DNA of 26,664 nucleotides, taken from the IMG/VR virus record IMGVR_UViG_3300025723_000146, positions 1 through 26,664 of that record; one strand, written 5' to 3'. The notes beneath the pieces were generated by a model. That model was not told where the DNA came from and did no database searches. It saw nothing but the letters and a program-made list of their open reading frames with translations. The DNA comes from a virus. Lineage: Duplodnaviria; Caudoviricetes. Positions 23,401-26,664 of the stretch are shown here, one piece after another; the stretch's first letter is position 1; each line of letters opens with the position of its first letter. Both the position numbers and the translations under genes were made by a program.

Positions 23401-25509
23401 ATGAGTTCAACTAATTTTACCAGTGGCACAGTCATTGCATCAGCTTGGTTAAATGATGTAAACAAAGCTGTGTACACAAATACCTTCCCCAATTCTGGTG
23501 GTGGTACAACTAACTTTTTAAGAGCTGATGGAACTTGGGCTGCACCTCCTGGTGGAGCTTCTGCTACCCTTCAACAAGTTATTGAAAATGGAAACACATC
23601 TACTAATAACGCATATATTGCTGGAGTTGGTGTAGGTAGCCAAATTAATACTCCTACTGGCTTAACAGTGTATGGTATTGCTTCTGCTTCTAATTATATT
23701 GGTATTCAAAATAATCTTGGTGGTTCTAATCCTTATACACTTCTTTTAGGTGGTAATGCGTTTATACCCTACTCTAATGCTATTTTAGGTGGTTCTACTA
23801 ATAGTGGTATTGCTTTAGGACAGTCTGGATATCAGTGGTCATCTATAGGAGTTGCAGGTTCTTTGTACTGGAACAATACAGTTGTTACTGCTCCTGATAC
23901 TGGATCAGGTGGAGATGCAACTAAGTTTTTAAATCAAAAAGGTTCTTGGTCTGTACCATCGGGTACTGGTACAGGTCTTACTTCTGTTGGTATTTCTGTA
24001 CCTACAGGATTGTCTGTTGCTAGTAGTCCCCTTACTTCTAATGGCACAATGGCTATTACTTGGTCTGGTCAAGTTCCTGCTGCCAACTTAGGTACTGGTA
24101 CGGCTAATAGCTCTTATTTTTTAAGGGGTGATGGTACTTGGACTAACACAATTCCAAATAATGTTTCATTTGGTGGTGTTGGTGTTGGTAATCAACTTAA
24201 TGCTCCCACAGGACTGACTGTGTATGGCATTACTTCAGCAGGAAACTATGTAGGTTTACAAAGTAATCTTGGTGGAAGTAATCCTTACACAGTATTGTTA
24301 GCTGGTAATGCTTTTATTCCTTACCCCACTAATACCATTTCATTAGGTACTTCTTTTTATCAATGGTCTTCATTATCAGTTGCTGGTAGTTTTAATTGGG
24401 GTAATGCAACAATTGCTGCACCCAATACTTCCAGTGGTTCTTCTACATTGTTTTTAAATCAACAAGGTAGTTGGGTAACACCTAGTGGCACAGGCTCTGG
24501 TTTAACTTCTGTGGGTTTGTCTATGCCCACAGGTTTTTCAGTCTCTAATAGCCCTTTAACGGCTAATGGTACGCTTTCTGTAAGTTGGTCAGGCTATGTG
24601 CCCACAGCTAACTTAGGTTCTGGCTCAGCGTCATCTAGCACTTATTTAAGGGGAGATGGCACTTGGTCTACAGTTACCGCTGCAACCCCAACGCTTCAAG
24701 CTGTTGCAACTGCTGGTAATACCTTTTCAGGATCAAGTGGAATAACCACAACTTACAACTCATTCTTTGGTGGCGTTGGTGTTGGTGTTGCTTCAATTGG
24801 CCCATCTGGAACTGCTTATGGAATTAATACAGGTTCAAGCACAATTGGTATTGGTAACAGCTCTGCTCAAATTTATTTATATGGTACAGCATTCATTCCA
24901 TCTTCTGATGGAACCCTATCGTTAGGTTCTGATTCCTATCGTTGGCAAAACATTAAAGTATCTGGTGGAGCATCTTACTTTGGTGCTCAAAGTACATTTA
25001 GTGTAGCACCAACTGTATATGCTTCTCAATCTACTTCTTATGGTATTACATTTGCTGCTTACCAAGGTTCTACAAGTCATGGTACTTGTATAGCTGCTGT
25101 TGTTAACAGCACTTCAACCGATCTAATGTACTTTGGTTATGGTTCTTCATCTGCTCCCACGGCAGTGGGTAACATATCTACCAATGGTACTGGTGTTAAT
25201 TATGGTTCATCTTCTGATAGAAGATTAAAATCTAACATTGAAACATACACGGCTAGTGGTGCTTTTATTGATGCTTTGTTACCAAGAACATTTACTTGGA
25301 CTGCTACCAATACTTCTGCTGTTGGTTTTGTTGCTGATGAGTTGCAGACTGTTTGTCCTGATGCAGTGCATGGTGCTGCTAATGCAGTTGATGAAAATGG
25401 AAACCCAATTTATCAATCTGTAGATGCTTCTACTCCACAAATAATTGCAAACATTGTTGCTGAATTACAATCCTTGAGAGCTAGACTAAAAGCTGCTAAC
25501 ATTCAATAA
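23401..25509 (+). CDS. Tail fibre/spike with C-terminal intramolecular chaperone (peptidase S74-like)
   Basis: FLRxDGTW repeats, internal duplication, SSDRRLKSNI autocleavage motif, GFVADEL, terminal coiled-coil. Confidence 0.85.
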   Translation: MSSTNFTSGTVIASAWLNDVNKAVYTNTFPNSGGGTTNFLRADGTWAAPPGGASATLQQVIENGNTSTNNAYIAGVGVGSQINTPTGLTVYGIASASNYIGIQNNLGGSNPYTLLLGGNAFIPYSNAILGGSTNSGIALGQSGYQWSSIGVAGSLYWNNTVVTAPDTGSGGDATKFLNQKGSWSVPSGTGTGLTSVGISVPTGLSVASSPLTSNGTMAITWSGQVPAANLGTGTANSSYFLRGDGTWTNTIPNNVSFGGVGVGNQLNAPTGLTVYGITSAGNYVGLQSNLGGSNPYTVLLAGNAFIPYPTNTISLGTSFYQWSSLSVAGSFNWGNATIAAPNTSSGSSTLFLNQQGSWVTPSGTGSGLTSVGLSMPTGFSVSNSPLTANGTLSVSWSGYVPTANLGSGSASSSTYLRGDGTWSTVTAATPTLQAVATAGNTFSGSSGITTTYNSFFGGVGVGVASIGPSGTAYGINTGSSTIGIGNSSAQIYLYGTAFIPSSDGTLSLGSDSYRWQNIKVSGGASYFGAQSTFSVAPTVYASQSTSYGITFAAYQGSTSHGTCIAAVVNSTSTDLMYFGYGSSSAPTAVGNISTNGTGVNYGSSSDRRLKSNIETYTASGAFIDALLPRTFTWTATNTSAVGFVADELQTVCPDAVHGAANAVDENGNPIYQSVDASTPQIIANIVAELQSLRARLKAANIQ
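23623..24666 (+). repeat. Diverged tandem duplication inside the tail fibre gene (~23623-24141 and ~24175-24666)
   Basis: Two copies of GVGVG...PTGLTVYGI...NLGGSNPYT...GLTSVG...LRGDGTW. Confidence 0.85.
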
Positions 25510-25521
25510 TTGGAGAATTAA

Positions 25522-26571
25522 ATGGCTGATACAAAAATCTCTGCACTAACAGGAGCAACAACTCCTGTAGCTGGAACTGAAGTATTGCCTATTGTGCAAT
25601 CAGGTACAACTGTTAATGTTTCTATTGCTAACCTAACTGCTGGTAGAAATGTTACTGGTAACATTTTTTATGCTGGGTTTACTAACGTAGCTGCTGCTGG
25701 TACAACAACTACTTTAACATCTAGCTCTACTCCCAATTGGGTTGTTACTGGTTCTGGTGGACAAACTTATAAGTTGCCTGATGCCACAACACTCAGTCCA
25801 GGTATTCTTTACACATTTAACAACAACCAAACTAGTGGTGCAATAACAGTTGTTAACAACTCTAGTACAACAATAGCTACAGTTCAATCTGGTGGTTTTA
25901 TTACTATAAGTTTGTTAACCAATAGTATTGCAGCAGGTACTTGGGACTACCACTTTGGTGCTCCATCTAATGTATCTTGGTCTACCAATACATTTAGTTA
26001 CCCTGGTAGTATAACTAGTGCTACTTGGAATGGTTCGCTTATCACAGGCACATATGGTGGTACTGGTGTAAATAATGGATCAAGCACGATCACTTTAGGT
26101 GGATCATTAACTACTACTGGAGCATTTGCATCCACATTTGCGGTTACAGGGTCTTACACTTACACATTACCAGCTGCAACAGATACATTGGTAAACCTTG
26201 GATCAAGCCAGACATTAACAAGTAAAACATTAACCAATCCCACAATTACCAATTATGTGGAAACTCTTCAAGCTATTGGTACAGTTGGAGCAAGTAGTTC
26301 TTTAGCACTTACAACAGGTACAGTTTTAACGGCTACTCTAACCGCATCAACACCTTGCACGTTTACTATGCCAACAGCAACGGCTGGCAAATCGTTTATT
26401 CTTAAACTGACTCAAGCAGCAACTGGCATGACCACGGCTACATTTACAAGTGTTAAATGGCCTGGTGGAACAGCACCAACAATTACGGCTACTGCATCTG
26501 CGGTGGATATTCTTAGCTTTGTGGCTGACGGTACAAACTGGTATGGCACATTTGCACAGGCGTTTGCATAA
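25522..26571 (+). CDS. Tail fibre-like structural protein (349 aa)
   Basis: MADTKISAL N terminus, T/S/G-rich, LPDAT, GGTG, QTLTSKTLT and WPGGTAP...DGTNWYG motifs. Confidence 0.75.
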   Translation: MADTKISALTGATTPVAGTEVLPIVQSGTTVNVSIANLTAGRNVTGNIFYAGFTNVAAAGTTTTLTSSSTPNWVVTGSGGQTYKLPDATTLSPGILYTFNNNQTSGAITVVNNSSTTIATVQSGGFITISLLTNSIAAGTWDYHFGAPSNVSWSTNTFSYPGSITSATWNGSLITGTYGGTGVNNGSSTITLGGSLTTTGAFASTFAVTGSYTYTLPAATDTLVNLGSSQTLTSKTLTNPTITNYVETLQAIGTVGASSSLALTTGTVLTATLTASTPCTFTMPTATAGKSFILKLTQAATGMTTATFTSVKWPGGTAPTITATASAVDILSFVADGTNWYGTFAQAFA

Positions 26572-26664
26572 TGTTTGGCGCACCTAATTTCTTTTTTAGT
26601 GGGGCTAAAAAATCCTACTATCGAGTTATTCAACAATTTAATGCTACAGGCAGTTGGACTGCAC
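26571..26664 (+). CDS. Partial tail-associated protein (runs off window end)
   Basis: TAATG coupling; MFGAPNFFFSGAKKSYYRVIQQFNATGSWTA... Confidence 0.6.
   Translation, partial: MFGAPNFFFSGAKKSYYRVIQQFNATGSWTA

Noticed and set aside
13712-26636. Short antisense or alternative-frame ORFs within structural genes
   Set aside because: Shadow ORFs without start signals or recognisable motifs.
1-26664. CRISPR array, tRNA, intron/intein, diversity-generating retroelement or stop-codon recoding
   Set aside because: None seen by eye: no repeat-spacer periodicity, cloverleaf, reverse transcriptase or interrupted core gene. The tail duplication differs at all base types rather than only at adenines.

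Overview
The window is a fragment of a tailed dsDNA bacteriophage genome (Caudoviricetes, podovirus-like gene content; no integrase or RNA polymerase here) with two divergent arms. The minus-strand arm (1-12050) has small early ORFs, a MoxR/CobS-type AAA+ ATPase paired with a VWA/CobT-like protein, and a replication module: primase, DnaB-like helicase, family A DNA polymerase, probable SSB, 5'-3' exonuclease and T7 gp3-like endonuclease. The plus-strand arm (12976-end) has small basic proteins, both terminase subunits, portal, a GroES-like co-chaperonin, scaffold, head proteins, major capsid protein and tail/fibre proteins. The most unusual signals are non-coding and lie near the divergence point. 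(1) An exact bacterial chromosomal parS 16-mer at 11070-11085. (2) A ~120-bp oriC-like cluster at 12478-12595: perfect DnaA box, IHF consensus site, inverted repeat and a TAG trinucleotide run resembling DnaA-trios. (3) Two related GC-rich long-hairpin elements in front of early genes. Together these suggest, by inference only, a phage that recruits or decoys host ParB/DnaA/IHF. All calls come from reading motifs by eye; no database search was run.
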